Part shown: one piece after another, positions 27,801 through 39,041 of the stretch
Layout of the letters: every line of letters begins with the position of its first letter
Position numbering within the stretch: the stretch's first letter is position 1
From: a virus
Taxonomy: Duplodnaviria; Caudoviricetes
IMG/VR virus record: IMGVR_UViG_2838948833_000001
Coordinates: 1 to 64,000 of that record
Length of the DNA stretch: 64,000 nt
Strand: one strand, 5' to 3'
Program-made: the position numbers and the translations under genes
Notes under the pieces: model-generated
The model's input: only the letters and a program-made list of their open reading frames with translations
The model's database searches: none
Told to the model about the DNA's origin: nothing

Positions 27801-30800
27801 TTATTTCACCAACTTCTCATATTCAAACCATACTTCACTATTAACTGCACTGTTTCTTCTAAGCAAAATCATTATTTCTTTTTCCTTTTCTTGAAGTTTA
27901 GACGGATCCTTTAAAGCATCCCCAAATTTATCTACAAGTAGAACAGCTTTCTCTTTTGCTGAACGCGCATATTTTACCTCAAACACAAAGGCAGGTGTCT
28001 TTTGGTTTTTTAATTGATCACTAATTCGTTTAGCTACTCTTCTAGCTTCAAATGGCTCGTTTTCCGCTAACTTGTCAAGCTCTTTATCTATTTCCTTTTG
28101 TGTAATTTTTCCTTCTTTTAAATCAGATACAAGAGTGTTGAAGTTTAATTTTGTTTTCAATCGGTTGATTTCAATTTCTTCAACTGCTTCTTTTATTTTC
28201 TCTTTATTTCCGATTCGTCTATTGTACTCAGAAGTTTCTTTTACTACGCGATTAACAGACGATTTTGCCATATCCTTAGCAAATTTCTGCATTACTTGTT
28301 CAGTGTCTTTATCTGAAAACATCGCGTCCATTCCGCCATAAATCATACCGACATACGGTGAAGTTGAAGGAGTAGTAATAATACTCTCGACAGCTGCTTT
28401 CATTCGTGCAGGTGACCAACCAGAAGTCTCTCCGATTTTTTTGTAAAAATCCTCTACTGATTTACTTCCATATCCCTCTGCCGAAACGGGAACTTTTCCT
28501 CTATCAGGTGAAATATCTTGTTCGCGAAAGAAGTCATATCCCGTACTCATTGACAAGGCTGCTTTAGCTAAAGGATTTCTAGCCAAGTTATCAGTAATAG
28601 CAAATTCAACTGGAGAAATATTGTTTTGTAGAATCCAGTTTAAATCCTCAATCATATTTCCACTTTCTTTATCTCCAACACTTTCTCTCATTAATTTTTG
28701 AAGAGTACCTTCGACCATAGTAAAGAAAGGAGTTAATTGCTGTGCCTTTGCAATTCGGTAGTATTGAAACTCTCCGTTTGCTGAACGATTCCCGTTGAAA
28801 ATAATAAAATAGTTAGAGCGATCGTATTTACTCACTCCCTTTAAAGCTTTATTGTAAAGTTCTACTGATGACAATTCTTTTTCATCATCTCCGCGCTCAC
28901 TTCCACCTAAAAACATAAGGCTTAACCCAATTGGAATAGGAGCAACAATAGCAGCTGCTTGAGTAACTCGCAATGTTGTTTCAATTGGTCTATCTCGGAA
29001 GTTGTCAAACATTACTCGAGTACCTTGAGAAGCCGCGTTCAAATATGGAATAAACGCATCCATGTCTTTTGTTAGAGTTCCGCCTTGGTTAAAGTCCATG
29101 GTGTTACGGGCAGAAGAAGCTGCAGTGTGGTAAATATCGTCAAGAGTACGTTTATCTTGAACTTCGGATATGTCTTTTAGACCAAGCTCTTTTAATTGAT
29201 TCGCAATTGATCTTCTGAAAACCCCCATTCTAAAACCAATTTCGGAATACATCTGTAATTTTTGAAGTGTAACAGCATCAAAGAATTTACCCCAACGTTC
29301 TCTTGTTTTATTATCCACCTTTGGTAACCTCGCATTTAAGGTATTAGTACCTTTAAATTTCCCTTGGTCCATAAGGAAGTCGGTCATTCCTCCATACTTG
29401 ACAAAGTTCTTGTAAGTATCATTCTCTTTTTTAATATCACGAATTCCTAAAGTTGCATCTTTGGCTAGTTTGGCCATATTCAATAAAACGTTCTTTCCAT
29501 ATTCTTCTGAGAAAGTAGAAATAAATAAGAAGTCACGTGGAGTATTGGTAATAAAGAAAGTCGGGTTGTTTCCCGTCGCAATCGATTTTACTAAACCAGT
29601 TCCGCTTGCCATTGCAAATTTTTCTTTTACATCTGGATTTGAAAATATGCGTTTTAAGGCATCAAAATATTGGTCGTGAAACTCTTGTTCCATAAACATA
29701 TTTTGCTTCACTCCATTAACCCAATAGTACGCATTTGCATATCCGTTAGGTGTAGTTTGTTTGTATTTTGGATTACCACTTTCTGTAAAACCGATAATAG
29801 GATTCTCTTTAACTCGCTTTTGAAGTAGTTCAAAATATTTGATGATATCCTTTTCCTTTTTGGTAGGTTTATCTTTCTTTTTGAGTTCTTCTACTTTGAC
29901 TGCTTGTTCTTTCATGAAGTCAGCAAGCCTGCGGTTAGTATTGTTCATCGCGATAATTTTTGCTCTAACCCCTAGGGCACGAGAAAGCAAATATTGAGAA
30001 TCAGTAACAAGAGCCGTATCTAATCCTTTCTCTAGTTTTTGAATTTGCTCTTTACCTAATCCCCCTGTTGTTCCATTATCCAAATGAGCTGTTTCGGTTT
30101 CTGCGTTTTGCATAAACTCTAAAAACTGTCTAGGTTGGTAATCGATATCAAAGAAACTATCTCGACTTGCTTTGGAAATAATTCCGCTTTCATACATATC
30201 ATTTAGCAGCCCTTTGAAAGTATCAAAATAAGCATCAGTACGTTTAGTCAAATCATTATAAGCTTTCTCTCCTAATTCTTGTTTTAATGATTCAAGGTAA
30301 GATTTAGCTACATTTTCATTTATGTAATCCGGATGAACCACTGCAGCTAAATTATTTCTACGTCGGTTTTCGTCAATAGCTATGAATCGGCGTAGTTGAA
30401 TTACCTTGTCAAGTAATTTAATTTGATTAGAAGAAAGCCCTTTGTAAATCTTATCATAAGCCTTTTCATACAAATACTTCGCGTAACCAGAAGCCCCTTT
30501 TGCTGTTACAATATAATCCCGAACAACACGGCCACCCGCTTTGTTTAAAATGAATTTTGGCAAGAACTGTCTATCAAAGAATTTAGTAACAAAATTTCTA
30601 AATAATTTATTGATATCAAACTTAGGATTAGTAAGTTCTTCCATCTTCTTTTCTGCCTTATTGAATGAATCATCTACTTGTTTTTTAGCCTTAATAGGAT
30701 CTACTTCTTTTTGTCTTTCAAAATAATCTTTCGCAACCATTTTTTCCATACGGTCATCGAAGGAAGCAAGAATTTCGTTTTCGGTTTTTCCCTCTTTTAA

Positions 30801-33800
30801 AGCTTGTTCAATTTCGTTTTCAATCTTCGTTCTATTTCGGGAGTTTCGATTTGTTTCGTATGGCTTGTTTAAATAGTCAATAAAATTTGAATCTAAATCG
30901 GTTTTCTCTTTTTGAGAAAGGTTTTGGTACCATTCCGTTTCTTTTACAGCATTTAATCCAGCAGAAATAATATCAGCTACACTCTTAGCTGTTTTGGCGG
31001 CAACTTTCATCGCTTGTAATGCTTGACGCGCTACAACTAAAGGTAAATTCATCCCAAGATTTTCCTTACCAAATTGATCTAGTTGGTCAATAGCTCTATC
31101 AAGGTTTTCAATAAACTTATCTAATTTTAAATCTTTAGAAAGATTGATATCTATCTCTTTAGCTAAAAAATCAATATCAAAATCAAGAAAATTTTGTACC
31201 TTTGTTCCATCAGGAAGGGATGCCTCAAAGCGGTTTCGGACGTTAGCGGAAGGAGGATTACCTGCATTCTGGCGTTGACGGATACCTTCCTGGTTTTTAA
31301 AGAAAGTTTTTAGAGTCAATCTACCCCCAGACTTTCCATAAGCTTGAACAATAACATAATCATTATTGTTACTGTCCTTCTTGATAAATTCAAATAATTT
31401 ATTACCTGTTTTCTCATCAACCCCTATATAATTAACTGTATCAGGATTGTTTACAACATTGATAATTTCTGAATAATCCTCTTTTGTCAGTGGAATATTT
31501 CTATGGTCATTTTCATTTCCTGAGAAATGACGCTTTTTACTGTGTCTTAATTCACCTTCGTTTATTTCAAAAGTAACTTCTCTTTTGAATTTTAAACCAG
31601 AAATATCCTCAAGGACCTTTTTAGCAGATTCATTGAATTTACCTAATTGAATTATTTCAGATCCTTTAACTCTTGTAAAGGCCTTATCAATAACATCATT
31701 TAATAAATTTTGAGCGACTTCTCTTAATCTTCCTTGTCTTTCGGTTTCTCGGCTTCCTGAGCTTTCAGTTCCTTTATTCTCTCTTGGACCATCTTGTTGT
31801 ACTCTGGATTCTTCTGCATTGTTTCTGCTATCTGAGATTTCAGAAGAGTTCTCTGTGCTTCTGTCAACTGTTTCTTGCTCATACTGTTCTCTTTGATTAT
31901 GTAAATGTAATAATTCTTCATCAGACATAAAGTCTAATGAAGTAGTGTTTTCAAGTTTTTTGTTTTTATTATCATTTTGATTTACAACTTCTTGCAATAA
32001 CTCATTAGTAGCAGGAAGTCCTGTTAACTCTTCAAATCTTGATTTTAAAGAATTGATATCCGAATGAAAACCATTATTCAAAAACGTTTGCGCACCAGTT
32101 GGATTTTCAAGAATAAAATCAACAATATCTTGTTCCGTAATTTCAATTCCTGCAATTTCGCTAAGTTCTTTTGCCTTTGTGTCAAGTGGAGTTCCGTCTT
32201 TGCGTAAGTATTGAATAGGAATACTACCACCTTCTTTCGCATGCACTTCATCTGAGTTTTGAATAAAACTTTCACGACTGACATGACCTAAGTTCTCAGC
32301 AATTACTTTTTGCTTATAATCAACACCATTTCTATAATCTTCAATCTCATTACCAAGGATAGTTTCAGCAACTTCTAGGGCGCTTTCGGACTTCTCAGCA
32401 ATGAATTTATTTGCTTCTTTTACAGTCATGTTAGCTAATTCGCTACTATCAGTAACCCCTTCAACTTCATGGGCGCGTCTACCTTCTGTAAGGTCAGTTT
32501 GTTTAGCGTATTCTAAAGCAAGTCGATTAGATGTTCTTTTGCTTGGAGTATTACCTTCTCTATCTTTAAATACAATTCTACCTTCTTCATTGGATACAGT
32601 ATATTCTCTACCATTATCAGAAGCTTTTATTGTTTTTAAAGATTCATCCTGTTTGTTTTCTATATTAGAAAAATCTTTAAGCGTAAAACCTAATCTTCTT
32701 TCTAAATATTCTCTTGATAATATATTCTCTGTATTATTAGGGTTTAATAATTTTCTATTTAAATTTATTAGTATTCTTTCATCAGAAAGATTTAGGATTT
32801 TATTAGACAAAAGATTTGCAAGTTCTCTAGCTGTTTTAGTTATATCTTCTTTATTATTCCAGTCAGTATTTTCAAGAATATCTAATCCTTCTTTATATGT
32901 GTCTTCAAAGCCTTCTCTTATAGGTAAGCTTCGGATATTATCTAAACTATATTCATCTTGTTTGTTTTGATCTTCTTGTATTGGGTCCAACTGTTCATTT
33001 GAAGATTTAGTACCTCCATCATCAACAATACCTTCTGTTTGTGTTGTTTCATTTGGTAAATTTTGTTTTCGATGATTCTCTAAAGCACGTTCAGAAATTT
33101 CATTATCCTTAATGGTTATGTTTTTAGTACCATCAGGATTCTTCTCTTGCATCAATTGTCTGCCTGCCTCGTCTTTTAAACGAACAACTTCTTCTTGTGG
33201 TAATAGATTAAGCAAAGCATTCGATTCTCGGTTTAAAATGCCTACACGTTGATTTTCTACTGCTTCAAATTCTTGTTTTAAATTAGAAACAATCTGATCC
33301 TTTAAATCTTGTTCCAAATCCGACGACTGAATCTCTCTAGCTTGATTTTTTAAATTTGACTGAGTTTTTTCAATTCTTTTAATCGCTTCAAACTCCTGGT
33401 TAGACAAATCAGAAATACCTTTTACTTCTTGCTCAAGTAACTCTTGATTTCTCAACTTAGCCTTAGATAATTGGCTTTCTACAATAGTTCGATTTGATAG
33501 AGACAAAGAACTGTCATCTAGTGCTTTTTCAAGTTTTAAAATTTCACGATTGGCTTGATCAATTCTTGAATCTAAAGAAAACGACTTTATTGATTTTGAA
33601 ACTACACTTGCTGAGAATGGAATAATTGCCCCCATAGCAAAACCAGCTGCAGAAGCATCTAATACATTATCAAACACTCCTACATCTTTCTTGTCAAGAG
33701 CATAGATATCCATTAAGTTTTGCATGATTTCGGTAGCTGCTTCATCAACACCTTCATATGTTGAGTTAATAGCTACTGCTTTACCTGTATTTGAAATACC

Positions 33801-35711
33801 TTTCCACATTCCATCAGCAATCATTTTTCTTTCAGGAGCTGTAGCTGATTGAATAATTCTTGCTGAATTCATTAAAACAAGTCGGTCAACATAAGCCGAA
33901 ACCGTCTCAGAAACTCCATACCCAAGAGGCACTAAAGTCTTTTGAAAATAGTTATAATCTCCCTCTCCTTTATCCATTTCGTTCTGCATTTCTTCCCACT
34001 GAGTTCCAGTAGCAGAAACACCCAAAGCACCAATTCCTCCAATACCTGTGGCAACTGCTGCATAAATTGGAATCTGAGAAGCCAAAGCGGTATTAGAAAA
34101 CCACTGACCAAAGTCACCTAAAGTATTTATATTTTCAACCGAAATAGGCTTAGCAATTCCTTCTCGGACATCTGTTGCCGTATCAGTTAATAATTTAGAA
34201 GCTTTTCTAATTTGCTTGGTTGCATTGGGGCTTTCAAAACCGTTAGCTTCGTTTGCCCAATTCATAACATCAAGAAGTCCAGCTGTTAGATCTAATCCGG
34301 TAGCACCAGCATTATCAGCAAAGTTTTTCAACCAACCATAATTGCGTTTAAGAACATCAATATTGTCTTTTGCTTCGCCAATATCTTTTTGGTTAGAAAC
34401 AAATTCTTGGTAAGTGTTTAATGATTCTTGAATAACTCCCTTATACCTTGTGTCTAATTCTTGTCCTCTTTGTGCATATTCTTCTTCTGTAATTTCTCCT
34501 TTTTGAGCTTTTGATACTAACTCATTTACCTCATTTTGGATATTGTCAATCTCTAATCGTTGAATATTTTGTTGAGTAAGATTGAGTTTATCTTTCTCAG
34601 ATAAAGAAGCGAGTTCGCTTGTTTGAAATAAATTAAGTTTGTCCTTGTCAGACATACCGAATTTATCTACTTCTTTTTGAGCGTCTTTTAAATAGGACCT
34701 TACTTGACTTTCAGACTGAGAAGATATTTCTTTTTCAACTTTCAATTGTTTCGCTTTGGCAATTCGTTGCTCGTCAGTCAAAGTTTGAGCTGGTCTATTT
34801 TCTTTTTTAGCATTTGCTACCTCTTGCTTAATTTGGTTGTCAACTTCTTTTAATTCAGAAGCAATCGGATTAGTTTCTAATTGAAACTTTTCTTTAATTG
34901 ACTGATGATTGCTTTTAGGTATTCCAGAAAAAGAAACTGCAGCATCCACCATCGCATTAAACCCCTTTTTACCATAAGCTTTAATATTGTTCCACCAACC
35001 ACTTTGATTTACCTCATCATCTACAGATTGGGCGATTTGTTGTTTCTTTTCTTCTGAAACAGATTTAGCCGTTTGGTAAGTATCAAACAGCTTCGTTATT
35101 TCAGGATTACTTTGTTTTATTTTTTGTTGATTCCAAGCAAGTGTGCCTTCAACATTCCCATCATAGAAAGGAGATTTATTAGAGGCTATTCTTCCTCTTG
35201 CGTGTTTAACTGCTTTATCGATTATAGTCTCACCAATAGCACTTCTGTCATTGGGATCATTCCCTTTTAGTAGCCATTTTTTTTCTGATTCGCTTAGTGT
35301 TGGTATAAGAGTTGGGATTTCAATTTCATTTCCATTGATGTTTACACCAATAGAAATTTCGGTTGCAAAGTCATTGCTCCCGTCCTTCATTTTTAATTCC
35401 CCAAAATAGCCTCTTCCTTTTTTTGTTCCGTCATTTCGACGCCCATAGTCCAAAGAACCATTTCCCGAATTGGATTCCGAATTTTGTTGAGGAACAGAAG
35501 AATCGGATGTGTCTTTTTTTTTTGATGATAATCTATTTTCAAAAGAGTTGTAATCTCCTAATGAAAATCCTTTTTCATTAACTGCATCATAAAACCTTTT
35601 TCTATCTTCTGAGGTCTTCATCTTTGATTCAAAAGAATCATAATCTCCAATATTAAACTTTGCTGATACAGCAGTATGTAATTTTTTTAATTCTTTATCT
35701 TCACTTACCAT
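27801..35711 (-). CDS. Large polyvalent ejection protein (PBECR-like nuclease and LPD38-like C-terminus)
   Basis: Last virion gene. LRHSKKRH...IPLTKEDYSEIINVVNNPD...LTLKTFF (PBECR-like); MDFNQGG...FIPYLNAASQG and YYRIAKAQQL (LPD38-type region). Confidence 0.8.
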   Translation of the reverse strand: MVSEDKELKKLHTAVSAKFNIGDYDSFESKMKTSEDRKRFYDAVNEKGFSLGDYNSFENRLSSKKKDTSDSSVPQQNSESNSGNGSLDYGRRNDGTKKGRGYFGELKMKDGSNDFATEISIGVNINGNEIEIPTLIPTLSESEKKWLLKGNDPNDRSAIGETIIDKAVKHARGRIASNKSPFYDGNVEGTLAWNQQKIKQSNPEITKLFDTYQTAKSVSEEKKQQIAQSVDDEVNQSGWWNNIKAYGKKGFNAMVDAAVSFSGIPKSNHQSIKEKFQLETNPIASELKEVDNQIKQEVANAKKENRPAQTLTDEQRIAKAKQLKVEKEISSQSESQVRSYLKDAQKEVDKFGMSDKDKLNLFQTSELASLSEKDKLNLTQQNIQRLEIDNIQNEVNELVSKAQKGEITEEEYAQRGQELDTRYKGVIQESLNTYQEFVSNQKDIGEAKDNIDVLKRNYGWLKNFADNAGATGLDLTAGLLDVMNWANEANGFESPNATKQIRKASKLLTDTATDVREGIAKPISVENINTLGDFGQWFSNTALASQIPIYAAVATGIGGIGALGVSATGTQWEEMQNEMDKGEGDYNYFQKTLVPLGYGVSETVSAYVDRLVLMNSARIIQSATAPERKMIADGMWKGISNTGKAVAINSTYEGVDEAATEIMQNLMDIYALDKKDVGVFDNVLDASAAGFAMGAIIPFSASVVSKSIKSFSLDSRIDQANREILKLEKALDDSSLSLSNRTIVESQLSKAKLRNQELLEQEVKGISDLSNQEFEAIKRIEKTQSNLKNQAREIQSSDLEQDLKDQIVSNLKQEFEAVENQRVGILNRESNALLNLLPQEEVVRLKDEAGRQLMQEKNPDGTKNITIKDNEISERALENHRKQNLPNETTQTEGIVDDGGTKSSNEQLDPIQEDQNKQDEYSLDNIRSLPIREGFEDTYKEGLDILENTDWNNKEDITKTARELANLLSNKILNLSDERILINLNRKLLNPNNTENILSREYLERRLGFTLKDFSNIENKQDESLKTIKASDNGREYTVSNEEGRIVFKDREGNTPSKRTSNRLALEYAKQTDLTEGRRAHEVEGVTDSSELANMTVKEANKFIAEKSESALEVAETILGNEIEDYRNGVDYKQKVIAENLGHVSRESFIQNSDEVHAKEGGSIPIQYLRKDGTPLDTKAKELSEIAGIEITEQDIVDFILENPTGAQTFLNNGFHSDINSLKSRFEELTGLPATNELLQEVVNQNDNKNKKLENTTSLDFMSDEELLHLHNQREQYEQETVDRSTENSSEISDSRNNAEESRVQQDGPRENKGTESSGSRETERQGRLREVAQNLLNDVIDKAFTRVKGSEIIQLGKFNESAKKVLEDISGLKFKREVTFEINEGELRHSKKRHFSGNENDHRNIPLTKEDYSEIINVVNNPDTVNYIGVDEKTGNKLFEFIKKDSNNNDYVIVQAYGKSGGRLTLKTFFKNQEGIRQRQNAGNPPSANVRNRFEASLPDGTKVQNFLDFDIDFLAKEIDINLSKDLKLDKFIENLDRAIDQLDQFGKENLGMNLPLVVARQALQAMKVAAKTAKSVADIISAGLNAVKETEWYQNLSQKEKTDLDSNFIDYLNKPYETNRNSRNRTKIENEIEQALKEGKTENEILASFDDRMEKMVAKDYFERQKEVDPIKAKKQVDDSFNKAEKKMEELTNPKFDINKLFRNFVTKFFDRQFLPKFILNKAGGRVVRDYIVTAKGASGYAKYLYEKAYDKIYKGLSSNQIKLLDKVIQLRRFIAIDENRRRNNLAAVVHPDYINENVAKSYLESLKQELGEKAYNDLTKRTDAYFDTFKGLLNDMYESGIISKASRDSFFDIDYQPRQFLEFMQNAETETAHLDNGTTGGLGKEQIQKLEKGLDTALVTDSQYLLSRALGVRAKIIAMNNTNRRLADFMKEQAVKVEELKKKDKPTKKEKDIIKYFELLQKRVKENPIIGFTESGNPKYKQTTPNGYANAYYWVNGVKQNMFMEQEFHDQYFDALKRIFSNPDVKEKFAMASGTGLVKSIATGNNPTFFITNTPRDFLFISTFSEEYGKNVLLNMAKLAKDATLGIRDIKKENDTYKNFVKYGGMTDFLMDQGKFKGTNTLNARLPKVDNKTRERWGKFFDAVTLQKLQMYSEIGFRMGVFRRSIANQLKELGLKDISEVQDKRTLDDIYHTAASSARNTMDFNQGGTLTKDMDAFIPYLNAASQGTRVMFDNFRDRPIETTLRVTQAAAIVAPIPIGLSLMFLGGSERGDDEKELSSVELYNKALKGVSKYDRSNYFIIFNGNRSANGEFQYYRIAKAQQLTPFFTMVEGTLQKLMRESVGDKESGNMIEDLNWILQNNISPVEFAITDNLARNPLAKAALSMSTGYDFFREQDISPDRGKVPVSAEGYGSKSVEDFYKKIGETSGWSPARMKAAVESIITTPSTSPYVGMIYGGMDAMFSDKDTEQVMQKFAKDMAKSSVNRVVKETSEYNRRIGNKEKIKEAVEEIEINRLKTKLNFNTLVSDLKEGKITQKEIDKELDKLAENEPFEARRVAKRISDQLKNQKTPAFVFEVKYARSAKEKAVLLVDKFGDALKDPSKLQEKEKEIMILLRRNSAVNSEVWFEYEKLVK

Positions 35712-37153
35712 TCAATTGTTTCTTTTTGAGATGAATTTGAATCGCTTTTTGAGGTTGACATATTTTGTTTTGTGAAGTTTGCGCGTTGCTTTAATTCTTC
35801 CGTTGTAGTATTAAGCATCTTCGCTATTCGGCTTTCTGTTTCTTTTGAAACAATGGTTTTCATTTTTTTATTTTCAGTAGAGGTATTCTTTATCTCTACA
35901 CCATCTATAAAACTACTTGAAGCAGCCTTTCCTTCTGAATAACTACCCGTAACCATCATTCGCCCATCATCTGAATAAGTGTAGTTATCAATAGTTACGT
36001 TTGATAAAGTCTTGGTTTTATCTCCTGTTTTTAAATCTATTGCTTCCAGCTTAACTTTTCCATCTACTGGCACACTCTTGGCCCCATCTGCAATTTTGCT
36101 ATAATGATTCCCCCAGGTATTTTCAGTTGGAGTTACAGCTTCACCTATTCCAGTTGTTTCTTTTGTTTTACTATCTTGATGATGTCTTTCACGTTGAGCG
36201 CGATTCTTATCTCCTTGTTCAGCAGTAGAATCCCTTTCTCGCAAACTTTCTCTATCTTTTGAATTGAATATTCTTTCTGACACATCTCTCTCAATTCCTT
36301 TAAGTACATCTTCGCTTGGATTTTTGTAATCATACCCTAATTCGGTCAATCTTGATTTAGCGAAATTGGTTAAAGCACCATCCGAATCATACATTAATGA
36401 TTGGGCAGAAGTTTTCGCCACATCAAGAGGAATTCCTTTTTCTGTAATAATATCATAACCTTCGCGATCTTTTGTCTTGACTGTACCTAATCCTTTAGAC
36501 ATGTCAGTTATCATCTTATCGTAATCTAATTTTGGCTGAAACTCCCAAACACCAATACTATCTTTTAGATTATCCCAAGGCATTAGGTCTATCTTCCCGT
36601 CACCATCTAAGTCCTTAAAACCTATCATCGGGAAACCATTTTCATCGATTCCTCCTAAGTAGTTTTCAAAACCATTCAGCACCTTCTTCTCAAAGTCAAG
36701 ATTTCTAAAAAGAGAGCCGTTTTTGACTCCTTCCATATAGTTCTGATTCATCTTTGTAAAGTTTTGAGTAGCCACTTTCAAATTGGTACCCAGCTTATCA
36801 AGATTCAAGTTTTCCATTTCAAGCTTTATACGTTCCGAATCTGATATATTACCCGAACGAAGCTTCTTGTATATTTCTCCTTTTCGATTCATTGCCTGCA
36901 TGACTATACGCCCTTGCAATTCATTCAACGAACCAGAACCAGTATCATAATTCTCGACAGATTTCAAAAGTCGTTCACGTAACTGTTCATCGCGGACGAA
37001 TTGTTTATCTCGACGATGTTCCTCTAATTGTTGCTCACGCATTTTCTGGTCTTTGCGCGCTAAGTTTAATCTTTCTTGCTGGCCAATTGTATCAGCAAGA
37101 CTAAAACCAGAAGCTTGAGAAGGAGCGTAAACGCTAGTATGATTTCCTGCCAT
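35705..37153 (-). CDS. Internal virion/ejection protein
   Basis: Lies between the small ejection protein and the polyvalent protein; helical. Confidence 0.6.
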   Translation of the reverse strand: MAGNHTSVYAPSQASGFSLADTIGQQERLNLARKDQKMREQQLEEHRRDKQFVRDEQLRERLLKSVENYDTGSGSLNELQGRIVMQAMNRKGEIYKKLRSGNISDSERIKLEMENLNLDKLGTNLKVATQNFTKMNQNYMEGVKNGSLFRNLDFEKKVLNGFENYLGGIDENGFPMIGFKDLDGDGKIDLMPWDNLKDSIGVWEFQPKLDYDKMITDMSKGLGTVKTKDREGYDIITEKGIPLDVAKTSAQSLMYDSDGALTNFAKSRLTELGYDYKNPSEDVLKGIERDVSERIFNSKDRESLRERDSTAEQGDKNRAQRERHHQDSKTKETTGIGEAVTPTENTWGNHYSKIADGAKSVPVDGKVKLEAIDLKTGDKTKTLSNVTIDNYTYSDDGRMMVTGSYSEGKAASSSFIDGVEIKNTSTENKKMKTIVSKETESRIAKMLNTTTEELKQRANFTKQNMSTSKSDSNSSQKETIEW

Positions 37154-37155
37154 AG

Positions 37156-37848
37156 CTACATATCGATTTTATAATTCATATTATTTTCTGTGGTAAATTT
37201 TGGAATAGGAGATAATTGAAAGCCAGCATTGAATAAGGGATTGAATCCTCCTTGTGATGGTGCAGGAATCGTCAATGATTGAAAACCTGGATGTTTTATA
37301 GAACCTGATAATGAAGTTTGAGATTCTCTTGTTTGTGGTACAGAAGCGGATTTTGAACCAATAGTCCCTCCTAATGAGCCAGCAGCAGCAACTGCTCCAT
37401 TAATTCCGTTCCACATATTTTGTTCACCTGCCATATATTGGCTACCAAGAGCAGCAATATTTTGATTATCTCGTTGCTCCTTGATTCCCATAATACGAGA
37501 ATCTTCTCCTGCTATTGCGTAATCACGTTGAATGATTTGATCGTCAATGTCTTTTTGAATCTGTCTGTTAACTTGATTTGTATTTGCTTGCACAGCAGGC
37601 AACAAAGCAAGTCCTCGACTTCCTCCACCTTGCAAAGCATCCACAATGTTTGCAGTAGTTCGCTGAGCTTCTTCTCGCATCAAATCAGTTCCGACTGTTG
37701 AAATTCCTACTCTTTCAAAAGCGTTATCTAATTCCTGTCGCTGGTAAGAGTTCATTTCTTCCTTTGCTTTTTTCTTTTGCTGTTCGCCTTGATATATTGA
37801 AGCTCCTGCTGCCGCAAGTCCAATGCTCGCACTTGTTATAGCCGCCAT
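37156..37848 (-). CDS. Small ejection (pilot) protein, T7 gp14-like
   Basis: Gly/Ala-rich N-terminus (MAAITSASIGLAAAGASIY) plus Q-rich coil. Confidence 0.7.
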   Translation of the reverse strand: MAAITSASIGLAAAGASIYQGEQQKKKAKEEMNSYQRQELDNAFERVGISTVGTDLMREEAQRTTANIVDALQGGGSRGLALLPAVQANTNQVNRQIQKDIDDQIIQRDYAIAGEDSRIMGIKEQRDNQNIAALGSQYMAGEQNMWNGINGAVAAAGSLGGTIGSKSASVPQTRESQTSLSGSIKHPGFQSLTIPAPSQGGFNPLFNAGFQLSPIPKFTTENNMNYKIDM

Positions 37849-37852
37849 AAAA

Positions 37853-37901
37853 AATAGATTTTACTTATTACCTTACTCAAAGATAATAAATAAAATCTAT
37901 T
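37853..37901 (-). promoter_or_regulatory. Late promoter class A (ejection genes)
   Basis: Minus strand TATCTTTG inside a 27-bp block identical to 48372-48398. Confidence 0.7.
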
Positions 37902-37927
37902 GAAAATAAAATAACGATAAGTTTTAG

Positions 37928-38329
37928 TTATAGTATTTTAATCATTTCTGTTGTCTGAATAGAACCTTTAATATACTGACAATCTGCAAAATGATTAATT
38001 AGTGAAGCGTGTTTAAGATTAGTGTAAGCGACTTTAAAACCTTTTGATTTGGCTATATCTCCAAGTTCATTTATTAAATCTAACAACGCTTCTTTTCTGT
38101 CTGATTTTCGGTAGTTTGGATTTGAAACAATAAACTCAATCCAACACATTTTTGAGTTGGTATAGTAGATAAAACCTGCACAAATATTTACACCATCTTT
38201 AGAGAGTATAATTCCGCATGTTCCATTATTTGGTAACATTTCTTGAGCAGGTGGCGGAAATTTCCACCACTTCCACCAGGATACTAATTCCTGATAATCT
38301 TCTTCTTTTAAAACACGAGCATTAAACAT
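37928..38329 (-). CDS. GNAT-fold protein (T7 gp13 position)
   Basis: ICAGFIYYTNSKMCWIEFIVSNPNYR. Confidence 0.7.
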   Translation of the reverse strand: MFNARVLKEEDYQELVSWWKWWKFPPPAQEMLPNNGTCGIILSKDGVNICAGFIYYTNSKMCWIEFIVSNPNYRKSDRKEALLDLINELGDIAKSKGFKVAYTNLKHASLINHFADCQYIKGSIQTTEMIKIL

Positions 38330-39041
38330 ACGACTTGATTATATTAGAATTAATAGCAAATAGTTCTACTTGCTTATCATCGTTATTTTTCATTTCGATA
38401 TCTGCATAGTAGCCTCGGATTTCGTCCCCTTCTACCCTAGCATTCTTACTTGATAAAATAAAGAATCCGGCATACCTATCAACAAGATTTACATTTACTT
38501 GAATTGAATCTTCTGTTTTTCCAATAACATCACCTATCAAAATTGGTTTATCTCCATCTAGTTTGAATAATTGATCACCAATATTTGTGAAGTCTGATAC
38601 CCTTTTAAAAAATAGAGTATCAGAATCATTACTTTGGCAAATTCCGACTCCTTGTGCATTTCCGTTCAAATCTCCTTCTTGTTCGTTTCCTCGCAAATAA
38701 GCAAAGTATCTACTTTCCTTTTTATTGAAATCTGTAGTTTTTAAAGAAGTTCTTGTAAGGTTAGTCTTTATTTCAACTTCCCAAGACGAGCTGCCTTCAA
38801 TTACAAATGTTTTGAAAATCTTGTCATCAGTTTGAGCCTCATTAAACACCGTATTGATTTTTGACGGATACTTTACGCCAAAAAAAGTGTTGATAATTGG
38901 ATTGGATTTATCGTTCTGCTGCCAAAGGTTTCCGTCTTTTATAACGAATGCAGTTCCGCCAAGCCTTAAATAAGCGTCAGGCAAAAAACTAAAGAATGAT
39001 ACCCATCCAGTTTCTTTTTCTTTAAATCCTAGTGTTTTCAT
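38322..39041 (-). CDS. Tail stabilisation/muzzle protein, C-terminal part
   Basis: TLGFKEKETGWVSFFSFLP...NTFFG...KIFKTFVIEG...IRGYY...ELFAIN. Confidence 0.65.
   Translation of the reverse strand: MKTLGFKEKETGWVSFFSFLPDAYLRLGGTAFVIKDGNLWQQNDKSNPIINTFFGVKYPSKINTVFNEAQTDDKIFKTFVIEGSSSWEVEIKTNLTRTSLKTTDFNKKESRYFAYLRGNEQEGDLNGNAQGVGICQSNDSDTLFFKRVSDFTNIGDQLFKLDGDKPILIGDVIGKTEDSIQVNVNLVDRYAGFFILSSKNARVEGDEIRGYYADIEMKNNDDKQVELFAINSNIIKSYV

Noticed and set aside
31170-31184. DFDID in the 2636-aa protein, matching the crAss-like virion RNA polymerase catalytic motif
   Set aside because: The context is NFLDFDIDFL in a linker after the PBECR-like module, not a GxDFDIDK-like setting, and no double-psi barrel motifs are evident. 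A structure prediction would settle it.
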